64,000 bases of DNA from an uncultured Chloroflexia bacterium (GTDB taxonomy: Bacteria; Chloroflexota; Limnocylindria; Limnocylindrales; CSP1-4), in the NCBI GenBank assembly GCA_963782715.1, contig CAWAKU010000006.1:86960-150959 (forward strand). Reading direction: 5' to 3'. Shown piece by piece: positions 1 through 8,776 of this stretch. Position 1 is the stretch's first letter, and every line of letters begins with the position of its first letter. The notes under the pieces were generated by a model, which made no database searches, was not told the origin of the DNA, and saw nothing but the letters and a program-made list of their open reading frames with translations. A program made the position numbers and the translations under genes.

Positions 1-334
1 ACTGCGCATCGCCGGCAAGTGGCTGCGCTACTCGCTCGAATTCGTGCGCGAGGCGCTCGGTGACGATGCGGCGCCGCTCATCGCCCGGGTGACCGCGCTC
101 CAGGACCACCTCGGCCTGATGAACGACGCGGACGTCGCCGCGTCGATGGCACGGACATTCCTCGTCGAGCACTCCGGTGAGCTGTCCGGCCTGGAGAGCG
201 CGGCGATCGGGCGCTACCTCGTCAGCCGCGAGCGCGAGGTCGCGCGGCTGCGCCGGACGATCGGGGCGCCATGGCGCGGCGTCGCGGGTGTCACCTTCCG
301 ACGGACGCTCGGACGGGTCGTCGCCGGGTTGTGA
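1..334 (+). CDS. CHAD-domain protein, 5' partial (start lies outside the window)
   Basis: The C-terminal 110 aa carry the CHAD signature (KWLRYSLE, LQDHLGLMNDADVA). The frame is open from base 1 and the stop is at 334. Confidence 0.6.
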   Translation, partial: LRIAGKWLRYSLEFVREALGDDAAPLIARVTALQDHLGLMNDADVAASMARTFLVEHSGELSGLESAAIGRYLVSREREVARLRRTIGAPWRGVAGVTFRRTLGRVVAGL

Positions 335-356
335 TGAGAGGCGGCCGGATGGCCGC

Positions 357-1340
357 CTAGGTTCGCCAGCCGTGGGCGAGGGCCGGCAGGCGGTCGCGCC
401 AGGTCGCCCCGCCGTGTTCGGTGGCGAGGATCGCGCCCTCGCGCAGGCCGGCCTCGGAGACGCGGATCGCGGCGGCCCCGTAGCGCTCGAGGATCGCGTC
501 CATGATCGTCGCGCCGGCGGGCAGGATCCGCGCCCTGATCGGATTGACGAGGTGTCGCTCGGACGCACGCGCTGCCGGATCCTCGGCCAGGATCGCCTGG
601 ATCGTCGCGATCCGCTCGCGCGTCAGCATCCGGTCGACCGCGGCGTCGGGCAGGACCTTGATGAGGTTCGACGCCGTGCCGCCGACCGCGATGAGCTCGG
701 CTCGGAGCGGCTGCCGGGGCGTCCGTGACGGCCTCCGCTGCAGACGCGCGCATCGCGGCCACTTCCGCGCGGTCGGCGGGTCGTGCGTCACGAACCGGTC
801 GGTCAGGCGGGCCGACCCGATCCGGACGCCGGCCGCTCGGGGCCGATGGACCGGGTCGACGACGCAGAACTCCGAGCTGCCGCCGCCGATGTCGACGACG
901 AGCGTCTCGTGCGTCACCGGCCGGCCCTCGGTCACGCCGATGATCGTGAGGTAGGCCTCCTCCTCGTGCGACAGCACATGCAGCCGGGCGCCGTCGATGG
1001 CATCCGCGTCCGCGACGATGCACGCCGCGTCGGCCGCGCGCCGGATGGGTTCCGTGCCGAGGAACGTGATCCCGCGGGCACCCGCCGACCGGGCGATCGC
1101 CGCGAACCGGATGAGCGTCGCCGTCAGTTCGGCGCGGGCGGCGCGACCGAGGTAGCCGCGGTCGGCGACGGCCGAGCCCAGCCCCAGGAAGGCGGACTCG
1201 TCGGCCAGCGTCTCGAGACGATGGCCATCCGCGCGGGCGACCAGGAGATGGACCGAATTGGAGCCGAGGTCCGCCGAGGCCCCGACGAACGTGGCGCTCG
1301 ACCGACGGCGTCTCCGGCAGCCTGGGGGTCGAACCGTCAG
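357..1340 (-). CDS. ppx: Exopolyphosphatase / guanosine pentaphosphate phosphohydrolase (Ppx/GppA)
   Basis: The N-terminal ASADLGSNSVHLLVAR matches the Ppx/GppA motif, and the body has about 314 aa of Ppx-like sequence. No ATG, GTG or TTG exists in any minus-strand frame between 1281 and 1400. The 5' end is therefore placed at an in-frame CTG at 1340 and is uncertain. Confidence 0.75.
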   Translation of the reverse strand: MTVRPPGCRRRRRSSATFVGASADLGSNSVHLLVARADGHRLETLADESAFLGLGSAVADRGYLGRAARAELTATLIRFAAIARSAGARGITFLGTEPIRRAADAACIVADADAIDGARLHVLSHEEEAYLTIIGVTEGRPVTHETLVVDIGGGSSEFCVVDPVHRPRAAGVRIGSARLTDRFVTHDPPTARKWPRCARLQRRPSRTPRQPLRAELIAVGGTASNLIKVLPDAAVDRMLTRERIATIQAILAEDPAARASERHLVNPIRARILPAGATIMDAILERYGAAAIRVSEAGLREGAILATEHGGATWRDRLPALAHGWRT

Positions 1341-2206
1341 GGCTGCGGATCGGTCGATCCGGTCGTCGTTCGGCGGGTGGTCGTCCGGGGTTTCGCAGGT
1401 GTCCGGGGCTTGGCCGCGGTCCGGGGTTTCGCGGGCGCGCGCTTCGTTGCCGGCGTGGCCGCGGCGGCGGGCGTCGGGGCGGCTGTCGGCGCGGTGGCCG
1501 CGGGCGTGGTCTTGGCAGCCGGCTTCGTCGTGCGCCTCGGCGTGGTGGGCTTCGTCGTGCTTGCGGGCTTGGCTGCGGCGGTCGGCTCGGCCGTCGCCGC
1601 GGCCGCCGCCGGCTTCGCCCGGGAGGTCCGGGTCGCGGGTTTCGCGGCGGCCGGCTTTGCCCGGGTGGACCGCCGCGCGGCGGGCTTGCGGGTCGTCGCG
1701 GGCTTGGCCGCCGCGGCCGGAGCGACGGCCGCGGTTGCAGGAGCCGCAGCGGAGGCGACCGGCTCGGCTGGTCGCGCCTGGACCGGGGTCAGGACGGTGG
1801 CCGCCTTGAGCGCCGCCGATCCGATGCTCTTGCCGGCGTCGCCGACCGTCTCGCCCGCGTCGCTCGCCGCGCCACTGACGGCATGTGCCGCCATCCCGAC
1901 GGCCTCGGTGGCGAGCTCGGTCAGGCGGACGGCCAGCGCCGCCACTTCGGTCGCCGCCTCGGCCGCCTGGTGGGTCCGCTTGGCCACCTGGCTGCGGCTC
2001 TTCGACGCTTCGGCCGCGGCGAGCTGTCGAAGCCGCTTCGATTCGGTCTTGCGCGCGGCGACGAGCCGCTTCTCGAGCTTGCGGATCTGACGGGCCACGC
2101 GACCCGAGACCGGCGTCACGACGCCCTTGGCATCGACGATGACACCGGCCACGGTGTCCACGATCATGCCCGCCGCCGCTTTCGTCCCTGCGCCTCGCTT
2201 GGCCAT
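1337..2206 (-). CDS. Lys/Ala/Pro-repeat basic protein (HbhA / AlgP / histone-H1-like)
   Basis: GGAGG lies 6 nt upstream of the ATG (MAKRGAG). The N-terminus is hydrophobic and then coiled-coil, and the C-terminal 150 aa are low-complexity AAKPA / TTKP / PRTAAKP repeats. GC3 is very high. The antisense ORF at 783..2090 is Ala/Val low-complexity with no protein-like features. Confidence 0.65.
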   Translation of the reverse strand: MAKRGAGTKAAAGMIVDTVAGVIVDAKGVVTPVSGRVARQIRKLEKRLVAARKTESKRLRQLAAAEASKSRSQVAKRTHQAAEAATEVAALAVRLTELATEAVGMAAHAVSGAASDAGETVGDAGKSIGSAALKAATVLTPVQARPAEPVASAAAPATAAVAPAAAAKPATTRKPAARRSTRAKPAAAKPATRTSRAKPAAAAATAEPTAAAKPASTTKPTTPRRTTKPAAKTTPAATAPTAAPTPAAAATPATKRAPAKPRTAAKPRTPAKPRTTTRRTTTGSTDPQP

Positions 2207-2336
2207 CGGTCGCCTCCATCGCGTCGGGAACACGGTCCCGTGGGGGAAGTCTGCCACGTTCCGACGCCGTCACCACGCACAACAGGTGTGCGCCGGTGCG
2301 CGTGCGCCACACCGACGCCACGTCTATCCTCGGGCG

Positions 2337-2708
2337 ATGCCGCTCCTGCTCATCGGTCTCGGCGGGTTCGCGGGCGCGATCTCGCGCTATCTGGTTGACG
2401 GGTTCGTGGCCGACCGGACCGCCGGCGCCTTCCCGTGGGGGACGCTCGCGGTCAACCTGAGCGGGTCGTTCGCGCTCGGCCTGCTGTTCGCGATGACCGC
2501 CGAACGGGCGATCCTGCCGGCCGACATCCGCGGCCCGGTGATGATCGGGTTCATCGGCGCCTACACCACCTTCTCCACGTTCATGCTCGAGTCGTGGGTC
2601 CTGATCGAGAACGGCTCGTACGTCCCGGCCATCGCGAACCTCGGCGGTTCGGTGCTGCTCGGCCTTGCCGCGGTCCTCGCCGGTCTCACCATCGGGAGGG
2701 CGATCTGA
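2337..2708 (+). CDS. crcB: Fluoride ion channel CrcB/FluC
   Basis: A 123-aa protein with four TM segments and the typical GFxGAYTTFSTF motif. Confidence 0.85.
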   Translation: MPLLLIGLGGFAGAISRYLVDGFVADRTAGAFPWGTLAVNLSGSFALGLLFAMTAERAILPADIRGPVMIGFIGAYTTFSTFMLESWVLIENGSYVPAIANLGGSVLLGLAAVLAGLTIGRAI

Positions 2709-3058
2709 TGCGCATCGACGGACCGGCCCTGCTCGTCAGGATCTACATCGGTGAGGCCGACCACCACGACGGCAAGCCGTTGTACCAGGCGGTCGTCTCG
2801 TTCCTGCGCGAGCGTCGCATCGCCGGCGCGACCGTCTTCCGTGGTATCGAAGGGTTCGGGGCGAACGCCCACCTCCACACGACGCGCCTGCTCCGCCTGT
2901 CGGAAGACCTGCCGATCCTGATCGAGGTCGTGGACCAGGAAGACCGGATCCGGGCCATCCTGCCCGACCTCGACGCGATGGTCGGCGACGGCCTGATCAC
3001 GCTCGAGAAGGTCGAGGTCCTGGCCTATCGCGGTACGGGGCCGACGACCAGCGGCTGA
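2708..3058 (+). CDS. DUF190 family protein (CrcB-associated)
   Basis: The ATG overlaps the crcB TGA (ATGA junction). A 116-aa protein with DUF190-like sequence (YQAVVSFLRERRIAGATVFRGIEGFG). Confidence 0.8.
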   Translation: MRIDGPALLVRIYIGEADHHDGKPLYQAVVSFLRERRIAGATVFRGIEGFGANAHLHTTRLLRLSEDLPILIEVVDQEDRIRAILPDLDAMVGDGLITLEKVEVLAYRGTGPTTSG

Positions 3059-3149
3059 CCGCACGCGGGCCGACGGAGGCACACGCGACTTACGACTCGT
3101 TAATGGGCCCCGAACGCGAGGTTAAGGAAACCGGGCGACCATCGCTGCC

Positions 3150-3527
3150 ATGGACGTCCTCGACACGCCCGAGAGGACCTTCCGCGCGTCGCACGCCGGC
3201 CCCGAAGAAGACCCGGAGACGCGCCTGAGTGTCGCGCCCGGGTTCGAGCTTGACGTCATGTCCCGAGAGCTCCGACACGGCAACGGCCGTATCCACCTGC
3301 GTCCACGCGAGTACTCGCTGCTGGCGGTCCTCGCTTCCCAACCGGGCCGCGCCTTCACTCGACGTCAGCTCATGGAGCTGGCATGGGAACCTCACCCGGC
3401 CATCCTGCCGCGAGCCGTCGACGTCCATGTCCACTGGCTGCGCGCGAAGATCGAGCCATTGCCGCACCGACCCGTCCACCTCGTGTCCGTCCGCGGCATC
3501 GGCTACCGCCTCGATCCTTGGCGTTAA
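3150..3527 (+). CDS. Stand-alone OmpR/PhoB-type winged-helix DNA-binding domain protein (no receiver domain)
   Basis: A 125-aa protein. Residues 30-125 form a complete trans_reg_C domain (LRPREYSLLAVLASQPGRAFTRRQLMELAW ... VDVHVHWLRAKIE ... VRGIGYRL). It sits 130 bp upstream of pstS on the same strand. Confidence 0.65.
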   Translation: MDVLDTPERTFRASHAGPEEDPETRLSVAPGFELDVMSRELRHGNGRIHLRPREYSLLAVLASQPGRAFTRRQLMELAWEPHPAILPRAVDVHVHWLRAKIEPLPHRPVHLVSVRGIGYRLDPWR

Positions 3528-3657
3528 CAATCCCTTAACCCGCGACGAAACCAGCGTTCACGAGCGGGCTCGACGGTGGAGCAGTCAAACCGGACGTGAA
3601 TGCCCCGAAACCAGACCGCGTCGCCCAGAGGCGCGGCCGACAGGAGGAAAGACCATC

Positions 3658-4596
3658 GTGACAGCATCCATCGCCCGACGGATCGGAGCGCTCTCCGTCG
3701 TCGCCACGATCGCGCTCGCGGCGTGCTCATCGGGCGGCGCCAGCAGTGCGCCATCGAGCGCCGCCTCGACTGCTCCATCGACTGCCCCGGCTAGCACGGC
3801 CCCGTCGGCCGCAGGATCCGCGGCTGCCATGGCCTGCGTCGCCGGCAGCATCTCCGCCTCAGGTTCCACCGCGATGCAGCCGGTGGTCGACGCAGCGGGC
3901 AAGGCATACGTCAAGGAGTGCCCCGGCGCCACGATCAACGTCCAGGGCGGCGGGTCCGGCACCGGCCTCACCCAGGTCGCCACGGGTGCCGTCGACATCG
4001 GTAACTCGGACGTCACGGCCGAAGAGAAGCTCAAGCCCGACCAGTCCTCACTGCTCGTCAATCACATCGTCCTGAAGCAGGGCTGGGTCATGGTCGTCAA
4101 TTCGAGTGTCACCGGCATCACGAACCTGACGACGCAGCAGGCCAGCGACATCTGGACCGGCAAGACCACCAACTGGAAGGACGTCGGCGGACCGGACCAG
4201 GCCATCGTGCTGATCCTCCGGCCGGCCAGCTCGGGAACGCGCGCCGTATTCAAGAAGGTCGTGCTCAACGGCGCCGACGAGGCGACCTCGGCGACCCTGA
4301 CCGAGGACTCGAACGGCACCGTCGCCAAGGCCGTCGGCACGACCCCTGGCGCGACCAGCTACATCGGTCTTGCCTACTATCAGGCCAACAAGGCCGGCGT
4401 CACGCCGCTCCAGCTCGATGGCGTCGACGCGACGCCGGCGAACATCACCAATGGCACCTACAAGCTGAGCGCCAACGGGAACATGTACACCAAGGGCGCA
4501 GCGAGTGGGCTGACCCAGGCGTTCATCGACTTCATGCTCGGCCCGGAAGTCCAGGGGACCTTGATCCCGTCCCTCTACTACGCACCCGTCCAGTAG
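3658..4596 (+). CDS. pstS: Phosphate ABC transporter substrate-binding lipoprotein PstS
   Basis: AGGAGGAAA lies 7 nt upstream of the GTG. Lipobox LAACSSGG; PstS family (SGSTAMQP, GGGSGTG, TNWKDVGG). Confidence 0.9.
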   Translation: MTASIARRIGALSVVATIALAACSSGGASSAPSSAASTAPSTAPASTAPSAAGSAAAMACVAGSISASGSTAMQPVVDAAGKAYVKECPGATINVQGGGSGTGLTQVATGAVDIGNSDVTAEEKLKPDQSSLLVNHIVLKQGWVMVVNSSVTGITNLTTQQASDIWTGKTTNWKDVGGPDQAIVLILRPASSGTRAVFKKVVLNGADEATSATLTEDSNGTVAKAVGTTPGATSYIGLAYYQANKAGVTPLQLDGVDATPANITNGTYKLSANGNMYTKGAASGLTQAFIDFMLGPEVQGTLIPSLYYAPVQ

Positions 4597-4683
4597 GCAG
4601 GGCTCTTGCCAGCGACCCCGGTCCCATCGGACCGAGGGTCGCTGGTCCATTTCGACACACCCAACGGGAGGACCGATAGTCCG

Positions 4684-5613
4684 ATGGCGAGCACCGCCGT
4701 CATCCGCAACGACCTGCGCAGCCTGCGCACGACCCGGTCCTTCCGGGAGCGACTCGACGTCCAGCGCCGGATCGTCCTGGTCGCCGCTGTGTCGATGGTG
4801 ATCATGGTCGCGGTCCTGCTTCTCTTCATCTTCTGGCAGGGAATCCAGCTCTTCCTCGTCAACGGCCTGACCCTGGGGGATATCCTCAACACCAGGTGGG
4901 CTCCCGATTCATCGAACCCGAGCTACGGCATCCTGCCCTTCATCGCCGGGACGATCGGGGTCACAGCGGTCGCCGTCCTCATCGCCGCGCCGTTGTCGAT
5001 CGGGCTGGCGATCTTCCTGTCCGAGATCGCGCCGCCCTGGGCCAAGGCGATCGTCCAGCCGGCCCTGGAGGTCTTCGTCGGCATCCCGAGCGTCGTCTGG
5101 GGCTGGCTCGGCATCGTCATCCTGGTGCCGTTCCTGCGGGGAAATTTCGCGTGGGCCGGTTTCACGCTCGGGTTCAGCTGGCTTGCCGGCTCGCTGGTAG
5201 TCGCGATCATGATCTTGCCCACCGTGACCGCTGTCACATATGACTCGTACGTCGCCATCCCGCAGGATCAGCGCACGGCGTCGCTGGCCCTCGGGACGAC
5301 CCGCTGGCAGACCATCCGGCACATCCTCATCCCGGGTGCGAAAGCCGGCACGCTGACCGCCATCGTGCTCGGCACGACCCGCGCCGCCGGCGAGGCCCTT
5401 GCCGTCCAGATGGTCATCGGCAACCGCCCGGTGATGCCCACGGCGCTCACACAGCCACTCACGACGCTGACGAGCCAGATCACCCTCGACATGGGCAACA
5501 CGGTGTTCGGTGAGACGTGGAACAACGTCCTGTGGACGATGGGCCTCGTCCTGCTGCTGATCTCGATGCTGTTCGTCACGATCGTCCGCCGCTTGAACCG
5601 GCGCCAGGCATGA
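4684..5613 (+). CDS. pstC: Phosphate ABC transporter permease PstC
   Basis: GGGAGG RBS. PstC-like TM protein containing the EAA-loop. Confidence 0.9.
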   Translation: MASTAVIRNDLRSLRTTRSFRERLDVQRRIVLVAAVSMVIMVAVLLLFIFWQGIQLFLVNGLTLGDILNTRWAPDSSNPSYGILPFIAGTIGVTAVAVLIAAPLSIGLAIFLSEIAPPWAKAIVQPALEVFVGIPSVVWGWLGIVILVPFLRGNFAWAGFTLGFSWLAGSLVVAIMILPTVTAVTYDSYVAIPQDQRTASLALGTTRWQTIRHILIPGAKAGTLTAIVLGTTRAAGEALAVQMVIGNRPVMPTALTQPLTTLTSQITLDMGNTVFGETWNNVLWTMGLVLLLISMLFVTIVRRLNRRQA

Positions 5614-6539
5614 CCAGTCCGGCGCGCCCGCTGGGACGGGTCAGCAGATCATCGCGTCGAAGCCAACGAGCCGACCGACTCGCCACCGGCGTCCTGTGGG
5701 CGACGGCGATCCTGGCGCTTGCCCTGCTCGGCGGGATCATCCTGTACCTGCTGGTCGCCTCGATCGGCGTCGTGTCGCCGGCCTTCCTGTTCGGCGACCC
5801 GAGCGATACCGAGCTCGGTGGGATCTTCCCGCTCTTCTGGAACTCGTTGTACATCCTCGGTCTGACGATGCTGATCTCGGTCCCGATCGGGATCCTGGCC
5901 GGCATCTACATGTCGGAATACGCCGGCGACAATCGCCTGACGAATTCGATCCGGTTCGCCGAGGAGGCGATCAGCTCGGTCCCGTCCATCGTGGTCGGGC
6001 TGTTCGGACTCATCGCCTTCGTGAACCTGACCGGCTGGGGCTACACGGCGCTGTCGGGGGCGATGGCCCTGACCCTGTTCAACCTGCCGCTTCTCGCCCG
6101 GCTGACCGAGCAGGCTCTCCGCGCGGTCCCCCCGGACGAACGCGCCGGCAGCCTGGCCCTGGGCGCGACGAAGTGGCAGACGGTGCGGCACGTCGTCCTG
6201 CCGTTGGCCATCCCGGGCATCATCACCGGCATCATCCTGACCGCCGGCCGGGTCTTCGGCGAGGCCGCTGTCCTGCTGTTCACGGCCGGGCAATCGACGC
6301 CGACCCACTACGACTTCACCAACTTCGACCTGTCCGACCCGAGCTCGCCGTGGAGCCCGTTTCGACCGGCCACGACGCTGGCGGTGTTCATCTGGAAGAA
6401 CAACGCCGAGGGCCTCGGCAACTTCGTGACCGAGGTCGCCAACGGATCATCCGCCATCCTGCTTGGGACGGTCATGGTCTTCAATCTTTCAGCCCGGGCG
6501 TTCGGGCGCTTCCTGAGCCGGCGCCTGACCGCCGCATGA
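5610..6539 (+). CDS. pstA: Phosphate ABC transporter permease PstA
   Basis: The ATG overlaps the pstC stop. PstA-like. Confidence 0.9.
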   Translation: MTSPARPLGRVSRSSRRSQRADRLATGVLWATAILALALLGGIILYLLVASIGVVSPAFLFGDPSDTELGGIFPLFWNSLYILGLTMLISVPIGILAGIYMSEYAGDNRLTNSIRFAEEAISSVPSIVVGLFGLIAFVNLTGWGYTALSGAMALTLFNLPLLARLTEQALRAVPPDERAGSLALGATKWQTVRHVVLPLAIPGIITGIILTAGRVFGEAAVLLFTAGQSTPTHYDFTNFDLSDPSSPWSPFRPATTLAVFIWKNNAEGLGNFVTEVANGSSAILLGTVMVFNLSARAFGRFLSRRLTAA

Positions 6540-6553
6540 ACGAGGACGACGCC

Positions 6554-7426
6554 ATGACCGCGCCTTCGACGACGGCCCCGACGGCCCCCATCTCCGTCCA
6601 TATCGACACGGCCATGACCGCTTCCGCGGCGGCTGAAGGTGAAAGCCTGTCGACCGCGATGAAGATGGCTGCGGACGGATTGACGGTGACCTACGGCGGT
6701 CGGGTGGCGGTCAAGGACGTGACGATCGCCGTCCCGGAACGATCGATCATGGCCCTGATCGGGCCATCCGGCAGCGGCAAGAGCACCGTTCTGCGCTGCT
6801 TCAACCGGATGAACGACCTCATCCTGGGTGCTGCCGTGTCGGGCACGCTCACCCTCGACGGCGAGGACATCATGCCCGAGGATATCGACGTGGTGGAGCT
6901 GCGGCGCCGGGTCGGCATGGTCTTCCAGCGACCGAACCCGTTCCCGATGACGATCTACGAGAATGTCGCGTACGGGCCCAGGCGGCGCGGCCTCAAGGAT
7001 CGGACGACGCTGGACGAATTGGTGGTCACCAGCCTCCAGCGGGCCGCCCTGTGGGACGAGGTCAAGGACGACTACCGGAAGAAGTCCGGGCTCGCCCTGT
7101 CCGGTGGTCAGCAGCAGCGCCTGTGCATCGCTCGCGTCCTGGCCACCGAGCCGGAGGTCATCCTGATGGACGAGCCGGCCTCGGCTCTCGATCCCATCTC
7201 GACCCTGCGGATCGAGGAGCTCATGCGCGAGCTGCGCAAGACATACGCGATCATCATCGTGACCCACAACATGCAGCAGGCAGCCCGGGTCAGCGACCTG
7301 ACCGCGTTCTTCACGATGGCCGAGGATCGGGCCGGCTACCTGGTCGAGCTCGGACCGACCAACCAGGTCTTCACCGATCCGTCCGAGCAGCTGACCGAGG
7401 ACTACATCTCCGGTCGCTTCGGATGA
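6554..7426 (+). CDS. pstB: Phosphate ABC transporter ATP-binding protein PstB
   Basis: Walker [10 protein letters not shown], signature LSGGQQQR, and the PstB-specific C-terminus ([18 protein letters not shown]). Confidence 0.9.
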   Translation: MTAPSTTAPTAPISVHIDTAMTASAAAEGESLSTAMKMAADGLTVTYGGRVAVKDVTIAVPERSIMALIGPSGSGKSTVLRCFNRMNDLILGAAVSGTLTLDGEDIMPEDIDVVELRRRVGMVFQRPNPFPMTIYENVAYGPRRRGLKDRTTLDELVVTSLQRAALWDEVKDDYRKKSGLALSGGQQQRLCIARVLATEPEVILMDEPASALDPISTLRIEELMRELRKTYAIIIVTHNMQQAARVSDLTAFFTMAEDRAGYLVELGPTNQVFTDPSEQLTEDYISGRFG

Positions 7427-7442
7427 CGGAGGCAAGGCTGCG

Positions 7443-8246
7443 ATGACCGACGAGCAGGTGGACGGCGATCCCCTCGAGGGATCGGGAACCAACGACCGAC
7501 AGCGCAGGCCCGGGGAGGTCGCCGTGGAAAGCCAGATCGACGAGATCCTGAACGAGGCGAATCCGGACGCGCGGCGAGCACTCACGTCACCGCCGCGGGA
7601 GGCCCTCGACCGCGAGGAGCAACTGATCCGCGACTCGGTCCTTCGGATGGGCTCGCTGGTCGAGGCCGCGATCCGCGAGGCGGCACGCTCACTCGTCGCC
7701 CATGACGCAGCGCTCGCACTCGACGTGGTCACCGGTGACGCGATCATCAATGAGGCACAGCGCGGGGTTTCGCGCCTCATCGCGGTGACGATCGCGACGC
7801 AGTCGCCGGTCGCCCGGGACCTCCGGTACCTGCTGACCCTCGACCACGTCACCTACGAGCTCGAGCGGATGGGCGACCACGCCGCGTCTGTCGCCAAGGC
7901 GGTCCTGAAGCTCGCTCCCGAGCCGCCGCTCGCGCGATATGTCAATCTGCCGGAGATGGCCGAGCGCGCCGCGGTGCTCGTCCACGGGGTCCTGCGCGCA
8001 CTCGTCGAGTCCGACGCGATCAAGGCCCGCCAGGTCGCGGTCGAGGATGACGAGATCGACCGCCTCTACCACGCGACCTTCGACGAGGTCGTCGAGCTGA
8101 TGCGCCAGGATCCGGCCAACGTCGAGCGCGGGACGCGGATCATCATCGCCTCGCACTACCTCGAGCGGATCGGCGACCGGGCGACGAACATCGCCGAGGA
8201 CGTCGTCTACCTCGTGACCGGCGACGTCGAGGACCTCAACCCGTGA
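7443..8246 (+). CDS. phoU: Phosphate signalling complex protein PhoU
   Basis: Two PhoU repeats (ExMGD ... IGDRATNIAED). It lies immediately after pstB. Confidence 0.9.
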   Translation: MTDEQVDGDPLEGSGTNDRQRRPGEVAVESQIDEILNEANPDARRALTSPPREALDREEQLIRDSVLRMGSLVEAAIREAARSLVAHDAALALDVVTGDAIINEAQRGVSRLIAVTIATQSPVARDLRYLLTLDHVTYELERMGDHAASVAKAVLKLAPEPPLARYVNLPEMAERAAVLVHGVLRALVESDAIKARQVAVEDDEIDRLYHATFDEVVELMRQDPANVERGTRIIIASHYLERIGDRATNIAEDVVYLVTGDVEDLNP

Positions 8247-8280
8247 CGGCGGCCTGACCGACGGGTACCCTGTCGGGGAC

Positions 8281-8766
8281 GTGACCGAACTCCACTTCCT
8301 CCGCCACGCCCACGCCGGCGACCCGATGGCCTGGGACGGACCCGACGAGGCCCGCCCGCTGTCGCCCAAGGGCGAACGACAGGCCGATCGCCTCGGTCTG
8401 TTCCTGGTCAGCGTCCGGTTCACGCCCGACGTGTTCATCACCTCGCCGAAGCTGCGCGCCTCGCAGACCGCCGACATCGTCGCCGGGCACCTCGGTGTGA
8501 GCGTCGAGATCGACGATCGCCTCGCCGTCGGCTTCGGTGCCGACACGCTCGAGGCGATCCTGCGCGACAACGGCGACCCGCTCCGGCCGGTCGTGGTCGG
8601 CCACGACCCGGACTTCTCGAGCATGGTCGCGGCGCTGTGCGGCGCGCCGGACATCCCGATGAAGAAGGGCGCGCTGGCGCGGGTCGATCTCGAGCGGCCG
8701 CTCCGGGCCGGGTCGGGCACCCTCCGCTGGCTGGTCCCACCCGACCTCCTCACGTCCGGGCGCTGA
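8281..8766 (+). CDS. Histidine phosphatase family protein (SixA-like phosphohistidine phosphatase)
   Basis: LRHAHAG catalytic motif (RHG branch), 161 aa. It follows phoU after a short near-palindromic hairpin at 8258-8276. Confidence 0.7.
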   Translation: MTELHFLRHAHAGDPMAWDGPDEARPLSPKGERQADRLGLFLVSVRFTPDVFITSPKLRASQTADIVAGHLGVSVEIDDRLAVGFGADTLEAILRDNGDPLRPVVVGHDPDFSSMVAALCGAPDIPMKKGALARVDLERPLRAGSGTLRWLVPPDLLTSGR

Positions 8767-8776
8767 CCGCGCGGCC

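Noticed and set aside
214-2321. Long overlapping and antisense ORFs across the ppx and KPA-repeat gene region (214..1023, 177..728, 783..2090, 1258..1809 and the 357..2321 extension)
   Set aside because: Their translations are Arg/Ala/Gly low-complexity strings typical of spurious frames in high-GC DNA. They overlap genes with clear homology (ppx) or clear RBS and repeat structure. The 5' two-thirds of ORF 357..2321 is out of frame with any homology and runs through the upstream gene.
2207-2336. Possible fluoride (crcB-motif) riboswitch upstream of crcB
   Set aside because: The 130-nt leader lacks the conserved GGcGAUGG ... AACCGCC ... GAUGAUUCCUAC elements of the fluoride riboswitch. The only GATG-containing stretch is at the crcB start codon itself.
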